A stretch of DNA of 64,000 nt from a virus. Lineage: Duplodnaviria; Heunggongvirae; Uroviricota; Caudoviricetes. Location of the stretch: the IMG/VR virus record IMGVR_UViG_3300009703_000007, positions 94,121 through 158,120 of that record; one strand, given 5' to 3'. A program made the position numbers and the translations under genes. The notes beneath the pieces were generated by a model. That model was given only the letters and a program-made list of their open reading frames with translations, ran no database searches and was not told the DNA's origin. Below, in pieces: positions 31,209-41,012 of this stretch (within the stretch, counting starts at the first letter, position 1; every line of letters begins with the position of its first letter).

Positions 31209-31538
31209 ACACGTCGACGTCCGGACTGTGCCATTGATGAGCTCATCTGCTCTATCACGACCAAACATCTCGGGCGGTGGATATTCCGAAAGGAGGCGAT
31301 ACCCTAAGCCGGCGTGGCGACGGGTGAGCTTCCTTTAGCGCGTAGGTTACTCACCTTAGCGTGTTAAGGAAAATATCCGAGGGACATTGCAGCAGGTACT
31401 GCTGCTTCCTTCTAAAGAAGAAAACGAGAAGGTGTAGAAAGAATCCTCCGCTAGGCCTACTAGCGTAACTTTGCGGAGCACTCGCTTATACCGGTGATTG
31501 TACATTATTTTTAAACTAAAATAGCACTAGAGGTATTC

Positions 31539-34500
31539 ATGCCAGCAAATGCAGTCAAGCTACAGAACATGATGACACACCCTGACGTCAAGAGGCGACA
31601 GGTACGTCAGTCTGTAATCACCGCGCTCGAAGCGCTGTTCCCTATAGAGTCTACACAGTACATACTAGACGCCAAAGAGCTCCGTGTACAGGAGCGTCTG
31701 TACTCGTCTGCGCAGCAGAAGACTGCAGTGCTGGATGGCAGGTCTCTGTCGGAGCCGATCAAGGCACGTGTCACACTGAAGGACAAGCGGACGGGAGAAG
31801 TCATAGACGAGAAGGGCAACTACACGCTGATGCAACTCCCTTGGATGACGCCCCGTCACACGTTTACAGTAGACGGTAACGAGTACTCAGTAGCCAACCA
31901 GCCACGCATCAAGCCAGGGATCTACACACGTACACGTGCCAACAAAGAAATAGAGTCTGCGTTTAACTTGGCTCGTGGCAAGAACTTCCGCCTAAGTCTG
32001 CAGCCGGATACGGGCAAGTTTTATTTGGAGCTTGGTAGTACCAAGATACCCCTCTACAACGTGATGAAGGCGCTGGGCGCGTCTATGGCGGAGCTGGACC
32101 AGCACTGGGGCAGGGAACTACACAACGTTAACGTAGAGTTCTTTGCACGTCATCAACAGAAGAGCGTAGGTAGACTCTACGAAAAGCTGGTACCTCGGCC
32201 CAAGAAGGGTCTGAGTATGGACAAGCAGATAGTCGCTATCAACGAGTACCTGGGCGTCACCAAGATGGACCCTGAGGTCAATGAGACCACGTTAGGTAAC
32301 CCGTTCAGCGAAGTCAACAAAGACGTTTTGTTGAAAGCCAGCCAGAAACTTCTGCACGTGTACCAAGGGACTGCTGAGGAGGATGACCGCGACAGTCTTG
32401 AGTTCAAGTCCATGCACAGTGTGGAGAACCACTTTGCTGAACGAGTGCGGCTGAAGGGCCGTGACGTGGTGAACAAGGTCAAGTTCAAGATGAACTTCTC
32501 CAAGGGGCCCCCTAGCGTCAGTGCATTCCTGACCGTAGGCGCCTTCTCAAAGGTTATTCGCACGTTCGTAACTAACGCGTCACTTAGTGCACAGCCTACA
32601 CAGATCAATCCTGTGGAGATAATCGACTACGCCGTCAAGGTTACGCCGTTGGGTGAGGGCGGCATTGAGAACGAGCGAGTCATACCCAACGAAGCTCGTG
32701 AAACACACGCTACCCAATTCGGTATCCTAGATCCCATCAAGACTCCGGAGTCATCGCACGCTGGAGTGGATGTTCGTGCAGCTATGCTTGCAGCTAAGGA
32801 CGAGAAGGGTAATATGTACACACCCTTGTACGACCTGCGCAAGGGCAGGCTGAAGCACGTATCTGCTAAGGAACTTAAGGGCTCTGTGGTGGCCTTTCCC
32901 ATGCAGAAGATCAAGCCTCACAAAGGCTTATCGGAAGCTGAGCTTAACCGTGTAGTTGAAGTGCTGAATAAGGGTACGGTGGGCAAGGCCAAGGTTCGTG
33001 ACGTTGACTACTACCTAGATCATCCTGCCAAGATGTACGGACCCAACACTAATCTCATACCCGCTATAGATGGTATTCAGGGCAACCGTGCTATCATGGG
33101 CGCTAAGATGGTTGGCCAGGCTGTACCCCTCAAGGACGCGGAAGCTCCGCTAGTCCAGGTGCAGTCCTACGTTCCAGGTAAGTCCCACGAGCAGATCATG
33201 GCAGACATGGTCAACCCCACGTCTACCGTGGACGGTGAGGTGGTGGACGTGGATGACGCGTTCATCACTGTTAAGGACTCGGCGGGGAAGGAACACAAGA
33301 TAGGGTTCTACGACCACTTCCCGTTGGCTAGTAAGACTTACCTGCACGACACGCCTATAGTCAAGGTAGGGGACAAGGTCAAAAAGGGTGACCACCTGGC
33401 GGAGTCCATATACACAAGAGACAAGACGCTGGCTATCGGCAAGAACCTCGACGTGGCTTACCTTGCGTACAACGGACTCAACTCCAATGACGCGGTGGTG
33501 ATCAGCGAGTCCGCTTCGCAGAAGTTCACGTCTCTACACATGTATAAGCACCACATGCCGTTGGACAAGCAGGTGACGCTTGACAAGGATAAGTTCGCTA
33601 GTCACTACCCGACCAAGTACTCTCTGGACCAGCTGAAGAATCTAGACGACGACGGCGTGATTACGCCTGGAAAGCGCCTAGAGTCGGGCGATCCATGGCT
33701 GGTTGCACTTAGGGAGACCAAGCCGTCCGCTGAGGACATCATGCTCGGTAGGTTACACAAGGGCCTGATACGTAAGTACCGAGACGAGTCCAAGACGTGG
33801 GTCAGAGACTACCCTGGCACTGTGGTCGACGTGTCTCGCACGGCTAAGAAGGTGACTATCACTGTTAAGGTGGAGGCCCCTATGAAAGTCGGCGACAAAT
33901 GCTGCTTCGACGAGAAGCATGAGTTGCTGACCGCGGAGCGTGGGTGGGTACCTGTGACAGATTTGGCTGTATCGGATACGTACGCATCTATATCCGAAGA
34001 AGGTATGATTGAGTGGGTACCTGCTGAGGCTACTCATGAGTACCCTGTGGAAAATGAACCTATGTACACGCTGAACACTACACAAGTGTCGATGTCTGTT
34101 ACAGACGAGCATAAGCTATGGGCGTCCACTAGAAAGGGTGGAGTTTACACAGGGTACTCTTTAGTAGAAGCGAGTGAGCTGGAAGGAAAACGCTACCGCT
34201 TAGCCATGTCTGGAAAATGGGAGGGGCGTATTTCTACTAAGGAGGTACGTATTGGTGATAAGTTGTACACCATACCACAGTACCTTATGCTGCTAGGAAT
34301 GTTTCTATCTGAGGGAAATACGTTTAGCCACGTCCCGTCAGGTAGCTACGGGGTTGATATACATCAAGTCAAACCACACACGCGTGCCAAGATGTTTGAG
34401 GCGCTTTCTGCTGCGGGTATCAAGTACTCTAAGACCCCTACTAGGGTGCGAATTTACAGCAAGGCGCTGATGGAACATTTTAAGCCCCTTGGAAAATGCT

Positions 34501-36938
34501 ATGACAAGTACATCCCTCGCTGGGTCTTGGACCTGCCCTCGGACCAGCTCGAAGTACTCTACACGTGGCTTATGTGGGGTGACGGTAGCGAAACAACAAC
34601 AGGTCACAACTACTGCACGACCAGCAAGCAGTTAGCGAGTGACTTCCAGGTACTGTGCTTGCTAACTGGGCGCGCAGGCAAGATAGACACTATACCCGCC
34701 GGAGAGAAGTTGGCCTTCGGCAAAATCGTCCAAGCTGCTGAGGTGTACTATGTCAGAGTATATCGCAATAAGCTGTGCCCAACTATCAATCACGGCCATG
34801 CGAGTTCTCAGAAAGGTCAACGAGAGGTGCGCGGTGAGTACACGGGCCGGGTATACTGCGTAGAGTTGGAGCGCAACCACACTCTTTACACCCGACGGGA
34901 GGGTAAGGTTCACTGGTCAGGTAACTCTAATCGATATGGAGGTAAGGGTGTCGTCAGCAAGATTCTGCCGGACAACCAGATGCCTCAGCGAGAGACGGGT
35001 ACACCTATAGACGTCATGGTTACGTCTGCTAGTGTAGTGTCACGTATTAACCCTGCGCAGATAGTAGAGACAGCTATCGCTAAAGCCGTCAAGAAGCAGG
35101 GTAAGGTCCATAAGTTCCAGAACTTCAGTACCAAGGACAACACACAGTTGGCCCGTGAAATGATGGAGGAAGCTGGAGTATCCGACAAGGAGCGGGTCTA
35201 CGACCCTGTAGAGGACAAGTGGATCGACAACGTGTTTGTCGGGCCGCAGTACATGCTCAAGCTGTTCAAGTCTACTGACACTAACTTCAGTGCACGTAGT
35301 ATCGGAGGGTATGACCCCCACGAGCAGCCAGGACACGGTGGGGTAGAAGGCGCCAAGTCTCTGGGTGGTATGGAAGTCAACGCTATGTTGGCTCACAACG
35401 CTCGCGGCTTGCTTCAGGAAGCGAGTATCATCAAGTCGCAGAAGAATGCGGATTTCTGGAGAGCGGTCCAGTTGGGCCTACCCACTCCGCCGCCTCGTAC
35501 TACATTCGCGTACAACAAGTTCTTGGCTATGCTCAAGGGCGCAGGTGTTCGTGTAGACCGGCAGGGTGACAAGATGGTCATGTCGCCGCTGACGGATGAC
35601 GACGTGACACGCATGTCTGCGGGGAAGATTCTCAACCCACGTATGGTCAGAGCGAAGGACCTTTACCCTGAGAGAGGCGGTTTATTTGATGAGGTCATCA
35701 CAGGAGGGTCCCGCGGCACACGGTGGTCGCACATCGACCTGGCCGAGCCGATGGTCAACCCTATGTTTGAGGAGCCGGCCCGTAGGCTGTTGGGCCTTAA
35801 GCAGAAGGAGTTCCGGGAGGAGGTCCTGAGAGGCGGAGAACAGCTTAAGAAGCAGTTGAACGCACTAGACCTGAAGAAGGAAGAGAAGGAGCTTAGGGAG
35901 CGCCTACGGACCGCTAAGGGCGCTATACGAAATGACGTAGTCAAGAGGCTAAAGTACATAGCTTCCTTGAAGAAGGTTGGGCTGAAAGCAGGGGACGCGT
36001 ATGTGCTCAGTAAGATACCAGTTCTTCCTCCTGTGATGCGTCCTATTACGCCGTCGAAGTCGGGCGATCTCATGATAGATGATCCTAACTACTTGTACAG
36101 AGACCTGATGTTGGCCAGCGACAGTATACGTGAGGCCAAGGATGCCATGCTTCCTGAGGTAGACGTGCGCGCTGCGCGGTCACATACATATGAGTCTCTC
36201 AAGGCGTCTGTTGGGTTGGCTGACCCAGTGTCTCCTCAGCTAGCTGCTAAGAACGTACGAGGATTTGTCAAGAACATCGCGGGACGTAACCCCAAGCAGG
36301 GCTACTTCCAGAGCAAGCTTATCAGTAAGCCCCAGGACTTGACTGGTCGTGGTACTGCCGCGCCGGATCCTAGCCTTGGGTTGGACGAGATAGGCCTGCC
36401 TGAGGACATAGCCTGGAAGCAGTACGCCAACTTCACTATACGCCGCTTGGTTAGGTCAGGGTACACCGCTGCACGAGCTCGGGAGCTGTTGGAAGACAAG
36501 GCGTACCCTGCACGACAGGCTTTGGAGGCTGAGGTCAAAGAACGTCCGATCATATATAACCGTGCTCCGTCTCTGTGGAGGTACAGTGTGGTGGCCGCGT
36601 ATCCGAAGCTCGTGAAGGGCAAGACTATTAAGGTCAACCCTCTCGTAGAGAACGGGATGAACCTTGATTACGACGGCGACGCGCTGCAGCTACATCTCCC
36701 CGCTACGGATAAGGGAGTAGCTGACGCTAAAAAGATGACGCTGTCCAACCTGCTGTTCAGTGATAAGAAGAAGAACGACCTACTGGTGTTCCCTCAGCAC
36801 GAGGCGATCATAGGTATCTTCCAGGCTACGGCAGCCAAGACCACAGGCAAGAAGCGCACGTTCAAATCTAAAAAAGAGGCTTGGGCAGCGTACAAGGCAG
36901 GTGAGCTGGACCTTGGAGATGAGGTGATGGTAGGGTAG
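31539..36938 (+). CDS. multisubunit-type RNA polymerase: full beta subunit fused to the N-terminal half of beta' (RpoC1/gamma-like), interrupted by an intein
   Basis: Beta motifs: NQPRIKPGIY. PLGEGGIENERV...PIKTPES. LIPAIDGIQGNRAIMGAKMVGQAVP. GDK|RYGGKGVVSKILPDNQMP...GTPIDVMV. GGMEVNAMLAHNA. Beta' motifs: KIPVLPPVMRPI. GRNPKQGYFQSKLISKPQDLTGRGTAAPDP. NLDYDGDALQLHLP. The ORF ends about 90 aa after DYDGD, so the bridge helix and trigger loop are absent. Confidence 0.85.
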   Translation: MPANAVKLQNMMTHPDVKRRQVRQSVITALEALFPIESTQYILDAKELRVQERLYSSAQQKTAVLDGRSLSEPIKARVTLKDKRTGEVIDEKGNYTLMQLPWMTPRHTFTVDGNEYSVANQPRIKPGIYTRTRANKEIESAFNLARGKNFRLSLQPDTGKFYLELGSTKIPLYNVMKALGASMAELDQHWGRELHNVNVEFFARHQQKSVGRLYEKLVPRPKKGLSMDKQIVAINEYLGVTKMDPEVNETTLGNPFSEVNKDVLLKASQKLLHVYQGTAEEDDRDSLEFKSMHSVENHFAERVRLKGRDVVNKVKFKMNFSKGPPSVSAFLTVGAFSKVIRTFVTNASLSAQPTQINPVEIIDYAVKVTPLGEGGIENERVIPNEARETHATQFGILDPIKTPESSHAGVDVRAAMLAAKDEKGNMYTPLYDLRKGRLKHVSAKELKGSVVAFPMQKIKPHKGLSEAELNRVVEVLNKGTVGKAKVRDVDYYLDHPAKMYGPNTNLIPAIDGIQGNRAIMGAKMVGQAVPLKDAEAPLVQVQSYVPGKSHEQIMADMVNPTSTVDGEVVDVDDAFITVKDSAGKEHKIGFYDHFPLASKTYLHDTPIVKVGDKVKKGDHLAESIYTRDKTLAIGKNLDVAYLAYNGLNSNDAVVISESASQKFTSLHMYKHHMPLDKQVTLDKDKFASHYPTKYSLDQLKNLDDDGVITPGKRLESGDPWLVALRETKPSAEDIMLGRLHKGLIRKYRDESKTWVRDYPGTVVDVSRTAKKVTITVKVEAPMKVGDKCCFDEKHELLTAERGWVPVTDLAVSDTYASISEEGMIEWVPAEATHEYPVENEPMYTLNTTQVSMSVTDEHKLWASTRKGGVYTGYSLVEASELEGKRYRLAMSGKWEGRISTKEVRIGDKLYTIPQYLMLLGMFLSEGNTFSHVPSGSYGVDIHQVKPHTRAKMFEALSAAGIKYSKTPTRVRIYSKALMEHFKPLGKCYDKYIPRWVLDLPSDQLEVLYTWLMWGDGSETTTGHNYCTTSKQLASDFQVLCLLTGRAGKIDTIPAGEKLAFGKIVQAAEVYYVRVYRNKLCPTINHGHASSQKGQREVRGEYTGRVYCVELERNHTLYTRREGKVHWSGNSNRYGGKGVVSKILPDNQMPQRETGTPIDVMVTSASVVSRINPAQIVETAIAKAVKKQGKVHKFQNFSTKDNTQLAREMMEEAGVSDKERVYDPVEDKWIDNVFVGPQYMLKLFKSTDTNFSARSIGGYDPHEQPGHGGVEGAKSLGGMEVNAMLAHNARGLLQEASIIKSQKNADFWRAVQLGLPTPPPRTTFAYNKFLAMLKGAGVRVDRQGDKMVMSPLTDDDVTRMSAGKILNPRMVRAKDLYPERGGLFDEVITGGSRGTRWSHIDLAEPMVNPMFEEPARRLLGLKQKEFREEVLRGGEQLKKQLNALDLKKEEKELRERLRTAKGAIRNDVVKRLKYIASLKKVGLKAGDAYVLSKIPVLPPVMRPITPSKSGDLMIDDPNYLYRDLMLASDSIREAKDAMLPEVDVRAARSHTYESLKASVGLADPVSPQLAAKNVRGFVKNIAGRNPKQGYFQSKLISKPQDLTGRGTAAPDPSLGLDEIGLPEDIAWKQYANFTIRRLVRSGYTAARARELLEDKAYPARQALEAEVKERPIIYNRAPSLWRYSVVAAYPKLVKGKTIKVNPLVENGMNLDYDGDALQLHLPATDKGVADAKKMTLSNLLFSDKKKNDLLVFPQHEAIIGIFQATAAKTTGKKRTFKSKKEAWAAYKAGELDLGDEVMVG
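33903..34925 (+). mobile_element. intein with LAGLIDADG homing-endonuclease domain inserted in the beta GDKxxxRHGNKG motif
   Basis: Insert begins CFDEKHELLTAERGWVPVTDL. Two LAGLIDADG-like motifs (MLLGMFLSEGN, LYTWLMWGDGS). Ends VHWSGN followed by Ser. Removing the 341 aa restores GDKC-SNRYGGKGV with spacing identical to E. coli GDKMAGRHGNKGV. Confidence 0.7.
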
Positions 36939-37347
36939 AGTATACAGCCCCAGGCCAACTCTACCCCCCACCCTTTACTTCGGCATGCTATCTGCTTTCG
37001 CCAGATTGCACGTAGTGCACATCGCTTGTCCGTTCTTACGGACGTGCTTGCCGCCTTTGCTTCTCGGCACGATGTGGTCAAGCGTCATAAGCACAGGCTC
37101 TCCCGTTACCAGGGAGTAGAAGTTCACGTGGTGAGACCTCTTGGAGCCCGGCTGGTTGGGAGTTAGTGCTACGTGAGTAGCTACGTGTGGGCACGCGGGT
37201 GTTGCGCAGCGTCTCTCTTCTGTGATGACCCTTATGCGCAGCCCCCCGTACTTTACACTTATACCGTTGAGCGTAGCCTCTCCCTGGCTACGCCCTGGTT
37301 TTACGTCTGTTATTTTGAAGAGCTTAATAGCTCCAACCCTTCTAGCT

Positions 37348-38241
37348 CTACTTGAGCAGAGCCTTAGCGACCTTACTCAGCGCGGAGAAGTCATCCGCCG
37401 ACCAATCCTCCAAGCTGCACCGATCCCCAACGTTATCCACGAGTACGATGCTGTGGTCGGTGTCGGCAGTCTTCAATAGCATGCCAGCTATAGAGATCTT
37501 AGCTAGCTGTTCCAAAGAGAATGTGGAATCTCCCATGTAGGCCTTCTTAGTACCGCGGCTGACCAACACCCCTTCCAGGTGTGGAAGGTACTCTAAAGCC
37601 ATGTCGAACCAAGCCTCTTCGTTGTACTCGTAGTGCTCTACACCGGAGACTGCGTCCTGGGAGCTATTCCACGTTTCCAACCCGTAGTCTACGAGCGCGT
37701 GCTCTACAGACTTCTGGAAGGTCACGTCCTCCGTCACCATAACACAGAAAGCTTTGCCTACAGCGTCCTTGACATCGTCGTGAGCCTCTTCTGCGGACAA
37801 GTCGATATCCACGCAGTCTACGGCCACGACGATAATTCCCGCTCTACGAAGAATTTCCAAAGCGTGGGGATACCGCCCAAACTCTACGCCGTAGTGAAGA
37901 TAGCTACTTACATCCGCCGTAGACTCCACAGACTTGGTTGCGGAGAATCCTTTTTCACACTTGACCGGAACTGCTATTCCGTTCCCTACTCCTGGCATGG
38001 GTGGGAGGTCGTCAGGTTTCACAACGCTGTGGGTAAGTCCACGTGCCTCGAGGTATTGCTCCTTCGAAATCTCACGGAACATGCGTGTCGGGTACTCACC
38101 TGCTAGTCCCTCTAGCTGTACGTGCTCAGGCGTCTCTCCGCATACCGCGAATGCGTTGGTGCGGTCGTTGTCAATGTGGTCGTACAGGTCACTGTCGATG
38201 GCTAACGCGAAAAGTGTCATCGTAAAGGTTACATACTTCAT
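37348..38241 (-). CDS. secreted hypothetical protein (N-terminal signal peptide)
   Basis: MKYVTFTMTLFALAIDS signal-like N-terminus. Acidic protein. Confidence 0.45.
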   Translation of the reverse strand: MKYVTFTMTLFALAIDSDLYDHIDNDRTNAFAVCGETPEHVQLEGLAGEYPTRMFREISKEQYLEARGLTHSVVKPDDLPPMPGVGNGIAVPVKCEKGFSATKSVESTADVSSYLHYGVEFGRYPHALEILRRAGIIVVAVDCVDIDLSAEEAHDDVKDAVGKAFCVMVTEDVTFQKSVEHALVDYGLETWNSSQDAVSGVEHYEYNEEAWFDMALEYLPHLEGVLVSRGTKKAYMGDSTFSLEQLAKISIAGMLLKTADTDHSIVLVDNVGDRCSLEDWSADDFSALSKVAKALLK

Positions 38242-38595
38242 GATTGTTACTTGTCCTTCTTGTTGCGCTTGTTTTCGCGCTTCTGATTTTTGCCTTTGCG
38301 GCGAGCGCGTGGCTTGCGCTCCTTAGGAGTGTCCGGGGAGGGATCCGCCGCTACTACAGGCGCTACCCACCCTATACCTCCCTCCAAGGGGAAGTCGGAT
38401 AGTATGCGCTCGTTGGACGTAGGCTTAGCCGACGACCTGGCTTCCTCCAGGGAATCTCCGGAGCCTAGTAGATACCTGCTCGGATTCTTCGTACGGGCAA
38501 CACTGGCCCGCGTGCTGTGGTGTGCCAGGTCTCCAGCGAATCTGTTTGCGGGGCTATCTCTACGCAGCCCTCGCTCTTCTCTAACAAACAGTACG

Positions 38596-39237
38596 TCAAC
38601 CATTGAGTATCCTTATAGCCCGTCGGTACAGCTCCGCTTGGTAGACTGCATCCGCGTGCGCGTTGTGGGGATTGGGATTGATCAGGCCCTCAGTTAGGCT
38701 GGCCGGTAGGTTATGTGTGCGCTGTTTTTGCCACGAACCCATTCCCAGTGCTGTCCATAACACTGTCTTTAGACATATACCGGAGAATGAAAACGGGTTA
38801 CGGACTTCGTTCACTGCGAACAACTCAAGTATGGGAGCTATGTCGAATGACGCCGGCCCGGCCACCAGCACCGGCTGCGTTCCTCTGGGAGTTGTATCTC
38901 TAGTCCACTGACGTAGCAGTGTTGTTGCCACATCGGAGGGGAGCGCATGATCGTTGTGGCGTTCGTAGAACTGCTTACACCACGCCTCCGTGCGAGGATC
39001 TGCGGTGATGGGGTCTGATGACGCCCACGAGAATGCGGGGTAGCATACCTCTAGGGCGCCCAAGTTGTCTTCTGATCCCAAGTAGTCCGGGATCTTTGCT
39101 TGTATTTCTACGTAGAACTCACTGCTAGGATCGTCTACGTCCACTACTCCTACGCTGAGGACTTGAAGAAGTCCTACGACGCGATGATCCGACTCTATGT
39201 CCGCTGAAATTACGCGGCTTGGCGTGTCGGGGCCCAT
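38596..39237 (-). CDS. DnaQ-like 3'-5' exonuclease (DEDDh)
   Basis: Exo I ADIESD. Exo III HNAHADAVYQAELY. Confidence 0.55.
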   Translation of the reverse strand: MGPDTPSRVISADIESDHRVVGLLQVLSVGVVDVDDPSSEFYVEIQAKIPDYLGSEDNLGALEVCYPAFSWASSDPITADPRTEAWCKQFYERHNDHALPSDVATTLLRQWTRDTTPRGTQPVLVAGPASFDIAPILELFAVNEVRNPFSFSGICLKTVLWTALGMGSWQKQRTHNLPASLTEGLINPNPHNAHADAVYQAELYRRAIRILNG

Positions 39238-39374
39238 TGGTTCTCTGTTTTCTCTCCTCTGTCCTTATCTCACTAAGGACGTCCTCGATGGGACGTATGG
39301 CTGTTCCCGGAGGAAGTTTAGCACGAGAGACCTCGGAGAAGTCAGGAGTTTCGTGCGGCAGTAAAAAAGGTTCT

Positions 39375-39740
39375 TTATCCATAGATAAGCATCTCCTGCA
39401 AGTACACAGGTACGTGTACGAACAGCAGTATGAGCGTGTACCATGACACACAGACGGCGGATCCCGCAGCGGACCACCAGTTCCGGGCTCTGCGCCATAT
39501 AACGGTGCAGAGTAGAGAGGTCACTCCCAGCTTGACGAGCAGGAAGTGCAGAGGACCCGCCTCCAGCTGCGCTGTCATCACGGGGTTTCCCTCCAGCGCC
39601 CATCCAGCGTAGTACCAGAGCATTGTGGACAGTGCGTCCACGACGGCTAGGATTACCAGGATGCTGACTGCCTTCTTAGTGAAGGCCTCTCTAGTGTCAG
39701 GGCACACAAGCTCAGTTGAGCGAGCCGCGGTGTACGACAT
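39375..39740 (-). CDS. small membrane protein
   Basis: 121 aa with several hydrophobic helices. Confidence 0.35.
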   Translation of the reverse strand: MSYTAARSTELVCPDTREAFTKKAVSILVILAVVDALSTMLWYYAGWALEGNPVMTAQLEAGPLHFLLVKLGVTSLLCTVIWRRARNWWSAAGSAVCVSWYTLILLFVHVPVYLQEMLIYG

Positions 39741-40068
39741 ATTTCTGTGCCTCTACAGTTTCAGTGAGGAGGATGCTCCCCACCACTTCAGACAACTCTT
39801 CCGTAGTTACAGGTGAGTCATCGTGTAGGTTTATCTCTTCAGCTACTAGCGCTGCTGTCTTCGACAACAACTCCTCCGGAACCTTATCTGGAAACCTAGT
39901 GGCCAGGTACTTGGCTTGCCTCGTAAGGACTCTGCCTATAAGGTCAAGGTGTCGCTGGTACGCGCCTAGGTCTAGCGGCGTATCCGTAGAGAACTTCTTA
40001 GAAGCCTCCAGCGCAGACAAGCTAGCTAGTAGGCGTGTGCCAGGATTATCGGGTTCACTCAGCTTCAC
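39712..40068 (-). CDS. hypothetical protein
   Basis: 118-aa ORF. Confidence 0.35.
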   Translation of the reverse strand: MKLSEPDNPGTRLLASLSALEASKKFSTDTPLDLGAYQRHLDLIGRVLTRQAKYLATRFPDKVPEELLSKTAALVAEEINLHDDSPVTTEELSEVVGSILLTETVEAQKYVVHRGSLN

Positions 40069-40927
40069 TTTGGTGCCCTCGGTTAATGATTCTTGGAGGC
40101 AGGTTTATGACAGCCTCTCTACCGAATTTCCCTGCCGCTAGGCTGCCTTCCTTTACGCCTCTTCGGTTGAGAACCGTCAGAGTCTCTTCCACGATGTCCA
40201 GCACCGCTACTCCTGATTCATCGTAGAAGGACCTACCAGAAAGTATAGGTGCTCCGAAGACATAAGCGTTGGGTATCAGTTCTCCCAGAAGGTGCGTAGT
40301 GTGGTAATGGCCAAAGGCCCAAAGCCAGGGATGAGGATAGTCTACATTGTGCGCTATGACGTTGTAGAACGTGTTCAGCTCGTAGGACGACGGCACGCGG
40401 TCGGGTACTATCTTAGGGCCTTGGAGCTTCATGGGCCCTACGAACGACAACGGTGCGCAGTGCGTCAGGATCAGGTCAGCGCCGTTAGCATCGTACAGCT
40501 CCATGGCTGCAGTAACGTGCTCTTCCAGAATCTCCTCTTGATACCACCACGACTGGTTGGGAGGGCGTTTATTCCGTCCGTGCTTGTCTATGGAGTCTGC
40601 TCCTGGGATAGCCAGGACCGACAGTCCTGCTATATCCAGCAGCTCCGGGCGTTTCATCACGTAGAACTGGGACTTGTCTTCAGCCTCCTGGAGGCCTGCT
40701 ACAGTGTTCCAGTTCTCGTGGTTGCCTGGCAGTACGTACAACGGAGTATGCCCCGTCCAGCCATGCGTGCCTCTGACCGTTTGGTCCCTACCGAAGGGCC
40801 CGAAACCGTAGTCCCCGAGCTGTATTACAGCATCGAATGGTCCATACGTTTTCATGACGCCTTCTACGACCGTGTCCATGAACGCCCACTCAGCGTGAAC
40901 GTCACCGACGAGTAGGATTTTGCTCAT
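40055..40927 (-). CDS. calcineurin-like metallophosphoesterase
   Basis: GDVHAE, GDYGFG and GNHE motifs. Start taken at MSKILLVGD, internal to track ORF 40055..40984. Confidence 0.7.
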   Translation of the reverse strand: MSKILLVGDVHAEWAFMDTVVEGVMKTYGPFDAVIQLGDYGFGPFGRDQTVRGTHGWTGHTPLYVLPGNHENWNTVAGLQEAEDKSQFYVMKRPELLDIAGLSVLAIPGADSIDKHGRNKRPPNQSWWYQEEILEEHVTAAMELYDANGADLILTHCAPLSFVGPMKLQGPKIVPDRVPSSYELNTFYNVIAHNVDYPHPWLWAFGHYHTTHLLGELIPNAYVFGAPILSGRSFYDESGVAVLDIVEETLTVLNRRGVKEGSLAAGKFGREAVINLPPRIINRGHQSEAE

Positions 40928-41012
40928 TTGATTTCCTAGCTTTCTTGTGTTGTACTGTTGGGTAAAAGAAAATGGTGCGCCCACTAGGACTTGAACCTAG
41001 GACCTGCCGGTT

